Below are positions 48,777 to 57,691 of a stretch of 64,000 nt of DNA, piece after piece. A program made the position numbers and the translations under genes. The notes beneath the pieces were generated by a model, which saw only the letters and a list, made by a program, of their open reading frames with translations, was not told the DNA's origin and ran no database searches. The DNA is from Cyanophora paradoxa CCMP329 (taxonomy: Eukaryota > Plantae > Glaucophyta). The DNA lies in assembly GCA_004431415.1 (NCBI GenBank), contig QPMI01000521.1, positions 168,861-232,860 of the forward strand, read 5' to 3'. Numbering within the stretch: the first letter of the stretch is position 1; each line of letters starts with the position of its first letter.

Positions 48777-48977
48777 TATCGAATGCTCAGTCTCTCTGAG
48801 ATCTATGCTATCCTGGACAGGAAATCCGCTGAATATGCAACAGAAGCCGCAATAAAAAAGCGTAGACAGGAACTGGTCTCGATCTGCAAAAAATGACAAG
48901 GGATTTAAGGGTAAGGTGTGTTTGATTGGTGAACCCGGACAAATTATTTTCTCGTCTAAATATAAGGAACATATCAA

Positions 48978-49205
48978 ATGGAAACTGAATCTGTGGTCGA
49001 ATTCGAACTTGCAATGAGCGAAATGGATCCCAATGAGAGGAAAAGGTTGTATGACCGCTTGTACTTCCAGAAACGCTATCAAGATGAGGAGTTTCGTGAA
49101 TTATATCGGAAAAAGGCACTGGAACGATATTATCGCAGGAAAGCTGCTGAGATGGATCCCAATAATCCAGTAAAACGCCCAGTTGGTCGTCCCAGGAAAT
49201 ACTGA
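48978..49205 (+). CDS. Small basic protein with AT-hook motif
   Basis: R/K/Y-rich helix ending KRPVGRPRKY; AAAAAATGACAAG at 48888. Confidence 0.7.
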   Translation: METESVVEFELAMSEMDPNERKRLYDRLYFQKRYQDEEFRELYRKKALERYYRRKAAEMDPNNPVKRPVGRPRKY

Positions 49206-49398
49206 ACCGCCCCAAAGTCCCAGATATCCGCTGAATCCTTTTTGTTACCATGATCAATCGACTTTTCGATGGATCATTACCATGTATCGAGCGCCAATCG
49301 GAAAACCCAAAGGTATTTAAAGGTTAGCCGCCAAAAAATGACAAGGATCCGGAGAAATTAATTTCTCCATTAAGTGTAAGAAGCCCCCGATTTTCGAA

Positions 49399-51762
49399 AT
49401 GAACGCTGCCGCCAAGAAATCCCTGAAACGCCTTGTTGACTGGCTTCGTGAAGACGATGTCCTGTCTGAGAATCTCGTAATTCCTGTTGATCCTGATACC
49501 AAGAGACCGCTTTTCGCTCATAAAGACGGATCCTGGACTTGGGATAAATTCGATGAAGCCCTGAAATCCGGTAAGTATACTGCTTGGGGCATTCTCGCTC
49601 GTAATATCATGGTAATTGACTTCGACCAAGAGGAGGATTTCGCCAAATTCGAGGAGCAATTCCCTGATGATTTCGGTGGTGTTAATCCACTTGCTAAAAC
49701 CAAAAAAGGATATCATGCTTATTTCGCTCGACCTGCTGAATTCGACACCATTAAGATCTGGGATAAAGCAGGTGCATTCAAAGGAAACCCCAAGATCGAC
49801 TGCAAAACGATTGCATCCACTGGGACTGCTGGGGTAATTAATGTTTGTCCCAGTCCCAACAAAACATGGATCAGAGAGCCATGGGCATCTGAGTGTGAGT
49901 TAAATGAACCCACTGCTGAGTTGCAAAAGTGGATTGTTGAAAACTACGAATTCCCCAAAGGTGCACATTCTTATTATGCAAGGTGCGCTGAGGAGAATTT
50001 GCAGAAACATATTCTTTCTAAACTCGAAGAATTCGGTTTCATCTTGCCCACAATCATCAATGAGACCAAGATGGGATACAATTTCACTGCTGAGAACAAA
50101 GGTCTGGTCTGTCCCTGCTGCAAGGGAAGCCATGACTCGAACAATTGGTATATTGTTCAAGGGAAGGAGAAGGACAAATATATTGTTTCGAGTTACAGTG
50201 CAAACTGCAAGAAGCGACTTATCACAATTCGTGTGAAGGAAGAGACAGATGCGAATATCGAAAATCTGATTGATCGGTCTGCTGGATCTGATGGTGCCCA
50301 TTATGATGTTGCACAGGTTGCCTATCTTGTTCTGCAAGACAAATACAAGTATTCCAACAAGACCTGGTTCAAGTTCAATGATGTATGTGGGATTTGGGAG
50401 ATGGATGAAACTGGGAAGCGAATCTTTCTCTGTTTGAGCTGCAAGGTCTGTCCAGTTTATCTTCAACGTTCTGTTCAACTTGCACAGAGAGCTCTTCGTG
50501 ATGAAGAGAACCGCAATTCCTTGGAGGAAAGGTCAAAGATTCTGCTGGGAATTGCTAAGAGCCTCAAACAGACTACATACAGAACTGCACTTATGTCTGA
50601 TCTTTCAGTTCTGTTCAGTGACAAGACCTTTTTCGAGAGACTTGATACTGTTCCCAACATCATTGGGTTCACAAATGGTGTATTTGACTTGAACTCCATG
50701 ACTTTTCGACAGGGACTCCCATATGATATGGTGAGTAAGACTGTTGGCTACGATTACACCACAGAAATTGACCAAGAGAAGGTTGCAAAGATTAAATCCA
50801 TCTATGCAGATATTATTGAATCGGATACAGACCGCGAATTCATGCTGGGATTAATCGCCTATGCCCTGAGTGGTTTGACAGAAAATCAGAGATACACTTG
50901 CTGGACTGGAATTGGAGCAAATGGGAAATCACTGCTTCAAGAGTTGGTGAAAGACACATTTGGTGAGTATTATGGGTCACTGGACATGACATATTGGACT
51001 AAACCCAAGAAGAGTTCGTCAGAGGCTTCCCCAGAACTCGCTTGCATTCTTGGTAAACGAATTGTTTTCAGTAATGAAGCAGAAGATGGTGATATGCTTC
51101 AACTGAACAAAATCAAACAGGTTACTGGTGGGAATGAGATGAAGGTTCGAGCTCTTTTCAAAGATCTTGTTACATTCATTCCCATGTTCCAGTTGTTCTT
51201 GTCCACAAATGACAACCTGGGAATCAGTAAACCAGATGCAGCAATCCAAAGGCGAATTATCTACTATCGATTCGAAAATGTCTTCAAGGTCGATCCTCAG
51301 CCTGGTGAGAAGAAAGCAGACACCACTCTAATGCGCCTAATGAAGAATGATGACGATTATAAAATGGCGCATATGTCCATTCTCCTGGAAATGTGGAGAA
51401 CCCATTCTCTCAATGAATTCGTCACCAAACCACCCCAGTCCATTGTTGATCAAGGTGTTGAATATTTCAATGAGAATGACAAGATTGGAGAATGGATTCG
51501 TGAGAGTTATGAACTCACCAAGAGTCAAGGGGATTTCGCCACAAGTGAGTCCATTATCAGTCACTTTAAGATGGATCACATGGGCAAATCTGATGAGAAA
51601 ATCACAGAATGCACTATCTTGAAGAGACTTCGCGAAGTCTTTAATGTGAAGGCTGAGAGAAAGCGAGTCAATGGTGTTCTTGCTCGTGGCTACTTTGGGA
51701 TCAAAAAGAAGCATAGTCGCAAGTTGGTGGATGACAGTGATGTTGAAGGTGGGGATGAGTAA
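49399..51762 (+). CDS. Primase-polymerase (AEP/Prim-Pol) - Zn finger - D5-like SF3 helicase
   Basis: IMVIDFD, KTKKGYHAYF and IDCK (AEP motifs); CPCC..SH Zn site; IGFTNGVFDL (D5_N); Walker A GIGANGKS, Walker B VFSNE, motif C LSTN and arginine finger AIQRR. Confidence 0.92.
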   Translation: MNAAAKKSLKRLVDWLREDDVLSENLVIPVDPDTKRPLFAHKDGSWTWDKFDEALKSGKYTAWGILARNIMVIDFDQEEDFAKFEEQFPDDFGGVNPLAKTKKGYHAYFARPAEFDTIKIWDKAGAFKGNPKIDCKTIASTGTAGVINVCPSPNKTWIREPWASECELNEPTAELQKWIVENYEFPKGAHSYYARCAEENLQKHILSKLEEFGFILPTIINETKMGYNFTAENKGLVCPCCKGSHDSNNWYIVQGKEKDKYIVSSYSANCKKRLITIRVKEETDANIENLIDRSAGSDGAHYDVAQVAYLVLQDKYKYSNKTWFKFNDVCGIWEMDETGKRIFLCLSCKVCPVYLQRSVQLAQRALRDEENRNSLEERSKILLGIAKSLKQTTYRTALMSDLSVLFSDKTFFERLDTVPNIIGFTNGVFDLNSMTFRQGLPYDMVSKTVGYDYTTEIDQEKVAKIKSIYADIIESDTDREFMLGLIAYALSGLTENQRYTCWTGIGANGKSLLQELVKDTFGEYYGSLDMTYWTKPKKSSSEASPELACILGKRIVFSNEAEDGDMLQLNKIKQVTGGNEMKVRALFKDLVTFIPMFQLFLSTNDNLGISKPDAAIQRRIIYYRFENVFKVDPQPGEKKADTTLMRLMKNDDDYKMAHMSILLEMWRTHSLNEFVTKPPQSIVDQGVEYFNENDKIGEWIRESYELTKSQGDFATSESIISHFKMDHMGKSDEKITECTILKRLREVFNVKAERKRVNGVLARGYFGIKKKHSRKLVDDSDVEGGDE

Positions 51763-51813
51763 ACAAAACAGAATCGATTCTAATACTGATTGAATTTCTT
51801 ATTTTTTAAAAAC

Positions 51814-51988
51814 CTTACTGTAAATGGTTTGTGTGACAGCTGTGACACCTTTTTAATTGAGTGTGACGCCTGTGACGCCTGTGACGCCTACTTTCAAACT
51901 TTTTAAAATTTCAAAAATCTACAAACCTCTGAAAACAGGTGTCACAGGCGTCACAGGCGTCACACCCAATTAACCACAGACTCCCCCC
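51814..51988. repeat. Third iteron array, inverted relative to the 42.6-43.1 kb copies, directly downstream of the primase-helicase gene
   Basis: Its reverse complement aligns by eye with 42608-42775 over ~170 bp with scattered mismatches. Confidence 0.85.
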
Positions 51989-52059
51989 TGTGGGTCGATC
52001 ACTTTCGCGAATAATAATTGGACAATATAAAAACGTATCGAAAATCGGTGTGTTGTGAC

Positions 52060-52069
52060 AAAAATTGAC
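52060..52069 (+). promoter_or_regulatory. AAAAATTGAC, giant-virus early-promoter-like motif (representative copy)
   Basis: The same or an AAAAAATGA(C) variant lies at 30516, 37693, 38202, 43221, 48888, 49333 and (minus strand) ~57502-57512, each ~30-100 bp upstream of an ATG. Confidence 0.6.
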
Positions 52070-52116
52070 TGGCGATTTTAGGGATCGTTGCGTATTTCAC
52101 TTGACTAAGACAGAAA

Positions 52117-52308
52117 ATGGATTATTTTGATGAAATTCGGCAGCAGCTTGTCGAAAAGAATGATATTGCAGAGGTGGCGGATTATATTGCAAAGATCAGA
52201 GCAGGTTATGGTAGAACCTATCAAAAGAAGCGTGTCTATGCAAGCAGACTCGACACAGTGAATGTATATGTCCCCAAAGGCACGAATGTGCGAATTATCA
52301 GAACCTGA
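52117..52308 (+). CDS. Small hypothetical protein
   Basis: 63-aa ORF downstream of AAAAATTGAC and upstream of pPolB. Confidence 0.55.
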   Translation: MDYFDEIRQQLVEKNDIAEVADYIAKIRAGYGRTYQKKRVYASRLDTVNVYVPKGTNVRIIRT

Positions 52309-52364
52309 AAAATGCGAAATGCGTTTAAAACGCCCAAAAATAATATGTTCCCTTAAAGTAAAAG

Positions 52365-55300
52365 ATGCCCCGCCAATCAAATAGAATCATCAAAGAAAAG
52401 AAAAACGAAATACTCGGTCTTTTAGGAACCCTTTTAGTTACTGGTGATATTACAGAATTCGAATATGATCGCCAGGCAGCAATCCTGGATAGGAGACCAA
52501 GATTATCTCAACTCACAGAAATTACAAATCGCCTCTATGATCGTTTTGAGAAGATGGAGGAATTCAGGGATGAAGGTTTAAGGTTGGGAACAATTGAACC
52601 CGAGATTGAAGATGGGGAAGCAATGAACAAAGCATACTCTTGGTTAACCTATCGAGCAAGAGGGGAGGTTATCCAAGATGGGATTGAATTCTTGGAGAGA
52701 ATTGCACCCACTCTACCTCAGAGACTCAGACAGAAACTCCAAGACCTGAGAGCAATTAAGACTCGGTTGACCTTCATTTGTAAATTCACCAAAGTGAGTG
52801 ATCCAAGGGTGTGGATCACCAAATTCATTTACAGTGATTACTTTGTCATCACAAGATCACGAAATATTGATGTTGAACTGCGAAATGCCCTTCAATCTAT
52901 GCAGGAACAGATGATGCAGGTTGACAGTTACAGACTGGATCGCATTGAGATGCTGAGAGTGGTAATTATGTCTTATGCTCCTGTGGGTGGTTGCTTCTTC
53001 TCAACACCTGAGTGGATTGGATCAAAGAGAGCAACTGTGAATGTCAAGAATATTGATGGTCAAGACTGCTTCAAGTATGCAATCTTGGCTTACCTGCACC
53101 GAAATGATATTAATAAACACAAGAGCAATGAACCCAGCCAGTATAGAAGATGGTTAAACGAACTCAATTTCGAAGGCATCCAGTTTCCAGTTGCCTGTGA
53201 TGCAGAGGTGATTGATCGATTTGAGGAGCAGAACCCTGAACTCTCAATCAACATTTATGGTGCAGATAATCAAGCACAGTGCTTCTATCCTCTTCACCAA
53301 TCCAGCAACCCCAGGAGAAAGACCAAGATTAACCTTTTATTAATCGAAAACGAAGAGGATGATAGAGGGCATTATATCACCATCATGTCTCTGAGTAGAC
53401 TTCTGAAAACCACCTTTGATAAAGCCCATGATGGTCGCATTTATTACTGTGAGACCTGTCTGTCTCGTTTCAGAACTCAGGAGAAGCTGGATGTACATAT
53501 AGAAGCGAATCGCTGCATTGATTGGAGGGAGAGCAAAGGTAAATGCCCGAAATCTGGAAGTCACATTGCATTTGGGCTTCAACACCTTCGCAAAACTGTG
53601 TGGCTTCCCACTATCTGCTATGTGAAAATGGACAGTCACTCGGTTCCAATTGATGAGAACCGCAGTAAAAGAGAGGTCAAATCGGTTTCTTTAACAGTTG
53701 TGATGGGGGATGAGGTGATCTCTCATTATTTCGAGGGATCAGATCCACTTGGTGCTCTGTTTACCACTCTCACAGAGATCAGACCCCAAGTAATTCGCAC
53801 TCTATTCACCAACATACCCATGCACCCACTCACAGAAGAGCAGAAAGCACAATACAAGATCACTAAACACTGTTATATCTGTGCTGAACGATTTACCCAT
53901 GAGAACTTCCCAGTGAGAGACCATTGTCATCAAACAGGCGCTTTTATTGGGAAAGCATGTCGAAACTGCAACCTCCACAGGAGAATCTCAAAGCAAACGA
54001 AAGTAGCAATTGTGGTGGATCACATGGATGAATGTGGACACGAAATATTCCGCAAAATTGCACAGCAAGATGATAAACTTCGTGTTGAGATCCTGAGCAA
54101 GAATTTCGATCAATACCTGTCCCTGCAATGGGGCATGTGGAAATTCATAGATGCTTCGCATTTCATGGACTTCCAGGCAGTGGATTCTGGTGATCTTATG
54201 AGTAAATTCCAGACATTCCGAGAACTGGCGTTTACCCAATATGGATTGGATCCTGCCCATTATGTGAGCGCTCCTGGATTATCCTGGGATGCAATGCTCA
54301 TTTATACCAGAGCAAAGATCGAGCAGATCAGTGATGTAGGGCAATACGAATTCATTGAGAGAGCAATTCGAGGTGGGTTTGCTACAATGCCTACTCGATA
54401 TGCAAAGGTGGAAAACCCAGATGACCATATAGTTCTCTTGGATGCAAATAATCTGTATGGTTTTGCTCTCAGTCAAGAACTGCCCATTGGCGATTTTCGG
54501 TGGGAAGATGTCACAGAGGCACTTAAAGAGACCCCAGGGCGAAGTGCCTTTATTGAAGTAGACCTGGAATACCCACAAACTCTCACAGATCATTACGATT
54601 TTCCACTTGTAGTCAATAAAGAGCAAATCACCACCGAAATGCTGGGTGAGTATCAACGAAAACTACTGGATATCACAGGTGAGAAGTTAAGCAAAGACCC
54701 CAAACTCACAGCAACATTCTCACCCAAAAGCAACTATGTGATCTCCCAACCTCTCTTGATCTATCTTGTGAGCAAAGGTATTATAATTAAGAAGGTTCAC
54801 AGGGTTCTCTCATTTGCAACCTCTGCATTCATGAAGAGTTATATTGATCTAAATACGAAACTGAGGCGCCAATCTATGTCCAGATTCGAGAGTGACTTCT
54901 TTAAATTAATGAACAATGCAATCTATGGTAAATGCCTCGAATCATGCAGGGGTCGCTCTGTGGTAAAGATTGCTAACAGTGAGAAACTCTGCAAGAAATA
55001 TGCTGCAAGTCCATTGATCAAGGCAACCAATGTATTAAACGAAAATGCTGTTGCCTTTGAGATGTACTCAAAGCATGTTCACTTAGATAAACCTGTTGCA
55101 ATTGGGGCTTTTGTGCTGGATTTCGCGAAACTCCATAACAGCAGGTTCTTTTATGATGTGGTGAGGAGAACTTGGGAAACAGCAGAGCTACTATTCCATG
55201 ATACAGATTCTTTCTGTCTAATGCTTCATACCAATGATCTTAATAATGAGATGAAGCGAATTTCTGAGCACCTGGATTGCAGTAATTATGATCCAGCCCA

Positions 55301-55646
55301 CCCTCTCTTTGATAGGAGCAATCGCTTGATTCCAGGTAAATATAAAAACGAGTTTCCCAATGCAAAGATTGTGGAGTATGTAGGTCTGAGATCGAAACTC
55401 TATGCTTTCAGAACTGAGACCTTTGATAAAATAAAGATGTCTGGGACTTCCTCCAAAGAGGTTCACTTTGATGATTTCAAGAGATGCTTGTTTGAAGGCA
55501 TCACCAAAACAGTAGCAGTAGTAAACAAGCGAAGACAAGACCACAACCTATATGATTTGGAGAGCAGAAGGGTGGCTCTAAACCAACTCGATAGCAAAAG
55601 GAAGATATTAGACGATGGAATTCACAGCATTCCATTTGGGCTCTAA
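52365..55646 (+). CDS. Polinton-type protein-primed family B DNA polymerase (pPolB) with degenerate exonuclease domain
   Basis: LDANNLYG, FKLMNNAIYGK, HDTDSF, GKYKNE, GLRSKLY and DSKR. N-terminal DCFKYAI...GHY, a C2H2-like CETCL..F...H, and an endonuclease-VII-like CYIC...VRDHCHQTG...AC..CN insert typical of Polinton pPolB. Confidence 0.95.
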   Translation: MPRQSNRIIKEKKNEILGLLGTLLVTGDITEFEYDRQAAILDRRPRLSQLTEITNRLYDRFEKMEEFRDEGLRLGTIEPEIEDGEAMNKAYSWLTYRARGEVIQDGIEFLERIAPTLPQRLRQKLQDLRAIKTRLTFICKFTKVSDPRVWITKFIYSDYFVITRSRNIDVELRNALQSMQEQMMQVDSYRLDRIEMLRVVIMSYAPVGGCFFSTPEWIGSKRATVNVKNIDGQDCFKYAILAYLHRNDINKHKSNEPSQYRRWLNELNFEGIQFPVACDAEVIDRFEEQNPELSINIYGADNQAQCFYPLHQSSNPRRKTKINLLLIENEEDDRGHYITIMSLSRLLKTTFDKAHDGRIYYCETCLSRFRTQEKLDVHIEANRCIDWRESKGKCPKSGSHIAFGLQHLRKTVWLPTICYVKMDSHSVPIDENRSKREVKSVSLTVVMGDEVISHYFEGSDPLGALFTTLTEIRPQVIRTLFTNIPMHPLTEEQKAQYKITKHCYICAERFTHENFPVRDHCHQTGAFIGKACRNCNLHRRISKQTKVAIVVDHMDECGHEIFRKIAQQDDKLRVEILSKNFDQYLSLQWGMWKFIDASHFMDFQAVDSGDLMSKFQTFRELAFTQYGLDPAHYVSAPGLSWDAMLIYTRAKIEQISDVGQYEFIERAIRGGFATMPTRYAKVENPDDHIVLLDANNLYGFALSQELPIGDFRWEDVTEALKETPGRSAFIEVDLEYPQTLTDHYDFPLVVNKEQITTEMLGEYQRKLLDITGEKLSKDPKLTATFSPKSNYVISQPLLIYLVSKGIIIKKVHRVLSFATSAFMKSYIDLNTKLRRQSMSRFESDFFKLMNNAIYGKCLESCRGRSVVKIANSEKLCKKYAASPLIKATNVLNENAVAFEMYSKHVHLDKPVAIGAFVLDFAKLHNSRFFYDVVRRTWETAELLFHDTDSFCLMLHTNDLNNEMKRISEHLDCSNYDPAHPLFDRSNRLIPGKYKNEFPNAKIVEYVGLRSKLYAFRTETFDKIKMSGTSSKEVHFDDFKRCLFEGITKTVAVVNKRRQDHNLYDLESRRVALNQLDSKRKILDDGIHSIPFGL

Positions 55647-55829
55647 TCTACTTCATTAATCTTTCTTTTTCTTTGGTTTCGCTCTCCAAGAAGTAATAAA
55701 CCGCGAATTAAATGCAGCAGCCAAATACATCTTAATCCAGGGTCATTGGGCTCGATTGCAAAATAGTTTGGAATTGTGTTCTCTTTCCACACAGACTCTT
55801 GCATTTATTATATGAGAGATAAGGTAAAG

Positions 55830-56879
55830 ATGCCTTCTACACAAATAGGATTGAGACAACCACCAAGAATTGTGAGAAAAGAGGCAATTGAAGATCGAGG
55901 GAATATCCTACCTATCACAGTTCCAGTGGAGGAGAAGAGCAGTCGAATATTAAAAAGATCAGAGATGGTCAAGCAATTAATCCCAGAGACCCTCCCAGCT
56001 GAGACAGCACCAAAAGAGTCGAAGATTGCTAAGAAGTTCTATGATCCCAGGACAGGCTACAAGGGATTTACTGCAATGAGACAGGAACTACCAGAAGAGA
56101 ACTACAAGAAGATGAGAGAATGGTATGATAAACAGGAGGTTGTCCAAATTAATGCACCCACTCTATCTCGAAAGAGAGATCCCATGATTCCAATTAGGCA
56201 ACCCCTTGATACATATGTGATTGATCTGCTCTTCTTTCCTGCATACAAAAAGCAGAATGATGGTTATGATACATTTATGAGTGCAATGGAATCAACCCTA
56301 AGAACTGGGTTCATAATTCCAATGAGAGACAAGAGTGCTCTAACTACACTTGCAGCATTCAAGCAACTTGAACAGAGAGTCCCCAGACCGATTGTTCGCA
56401 TTCAGAGTGACAGTGGAAGCGAATTTACCAATGTGTTGTTCACAGATTATTTGGGAACGAAATTCATTGAGCATCAACTAAGTGATGTTGCAGATCACAG
56501 AACCCAAGGTCGGATTGAAGCCTTTAACAGACAGATCAAGAGATTAATCACAAATTACTGCATTGCAAATAATACTGCACGATTTTTTGATGTGTTGGGT
56601 GATATTGAGTATAATTATAATAATACCATTCACTCTGCAACCAAGAGGAAACCAGCAGAGACCACAGAAGCCCACTACAAAGAGATTGTGAATATGGAGG
56701 ATCAGAGATTCAAGAAATCAATTGAGTATCTTGATGCTCTGAAACCTGGTATGTTTGTGAGAGTGAAAGTTGAAAAGAATCCATTTGCAAAGCAGGGTGT
56801 TAATTGGTCTCGAATTGTTTATAGTGTGGAGGCAGAGAGGGCTTCAAGTTCAGAATCAGAAGTCCAAGTGGTGAGATAG
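55830..56879 (+). CDS. Retroviral-like (rve) DDE integrase; C-terminus continues through frameshifts to ~57200
   Basis: YVIDLLFF (D), IQSDSGSEF (D), GRIEAFNRQIK (E), YNNTIHSATKRKP and SH3-like VRV...F.K...NWS. Confidence 0.92.
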   Translation: MPSTQIGLRQPPRIVRKEAIEDRGNILPITVPVEEKSSRILKRSEMVKQLIPETLPAETAPKESKIAKKFYDPRTGYKGFTAMRQELPEENYKKMREWYDKQEVVQINAPTLSRKRDPMIPIRQPLDTYVIDLLFFPAYKKQNDGYDTFMSAMESTLRTGFIIPMRDKSALTTLAAFKQLEQRVPRPIVRIQSDSGSEFTNVLFTDYLGTKFIEHQLSDVADHRTQGRIEAFNRQIKRLITNYCIANNTARFFDVLGDIEYNYNNTIHSATKRKPAETTEAHYKEIVNMEDQRFKKSIEYLDALKPGMFVRVKVEKNPFAKQGVNWSRIVYSVEAERASSSESEVQVVR

Positions 56880-57272
56880 TTGATGGTAGATTCGCTTTCA
56901 TGAACTGCTGCCCATTAAAGGTGTTGAGTATCATGAAACTCCCACAGTGGATGCCCTTGAACAGGCAAAAGAAGAAGCCAGGTTGATTCAGCAATCAGAA
57001 AGGAGGGCATAGAAAAAGCAAGTGAAGTACCAAAAGAGCCCCTCACAGAAGCAAGAGCACAAAAGAAGGGTAGAGTAGAGAAAGAATTAAAGAAGTTGAC
57101 CATAGCAGGAACCCAGAAATTATCAGAAGTCAACAGTCAGAGGTGGTATAATGACTTTTCAACCACCAAGGAAACATATACTGCACCCCAAACTCGATTT
57201 AATTTACGAAGTGGTCAAAGGAAATAGATCAGCAGCGCTTCCTAAATCTCTTAGACCTCTGACGAATTTTCC

Positions 57273-57470
57273 TCATTTGTCTATCTTTTTCAATAATTTC
57301 CAAGAAGAAAGTTTCAAGTTTGAGACCAGTTGGTAATTATAAACAAAGAACAGTCTCACATGCTCTGGCTGTGACATGAAGAAATTGAAGTAGAAAGCAG
57401 TCTTGAAATCATGGATCCAGTCTGACTGGGCAGCATGGATGATTGCAGGGTCTTGGTAGATGGGATCCAT
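57273..57470 (-). CDS. Small hypothetical protein
   Basis: 65 aa MDPIYQDP..., preceded by AAAAAATTGACAAGGAT, nearly identical to the motif upstream of the primase gene. Confidence 0.45.
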   Translation of the reverse strand: MDPIYQDPAIIHAAQSDWIHDFKTAFYFNFFMSQPEHVRLFFVYNYQLVSNLKLSSWKLLKKIDK

Positions 57471-57691
57471 AGCAGAAGTTGAGGGAATCCAGAAAATCCT
57501 TGTCAATTTTTTATTTTGTAAGTGATTGATCTCGACGAAACCTGATTGGCGCTATCGTGACGATTCCGAATCTGTTTTCAGATTTAAAAACGGAGCACTT
57601 GGTAATAAAATACAGTAGCTACTGTAAAAATCGCCATAATGTGGGCGAAGATACAGAAGCCACTGTATCATACATCAGGACTTCTGAAATA

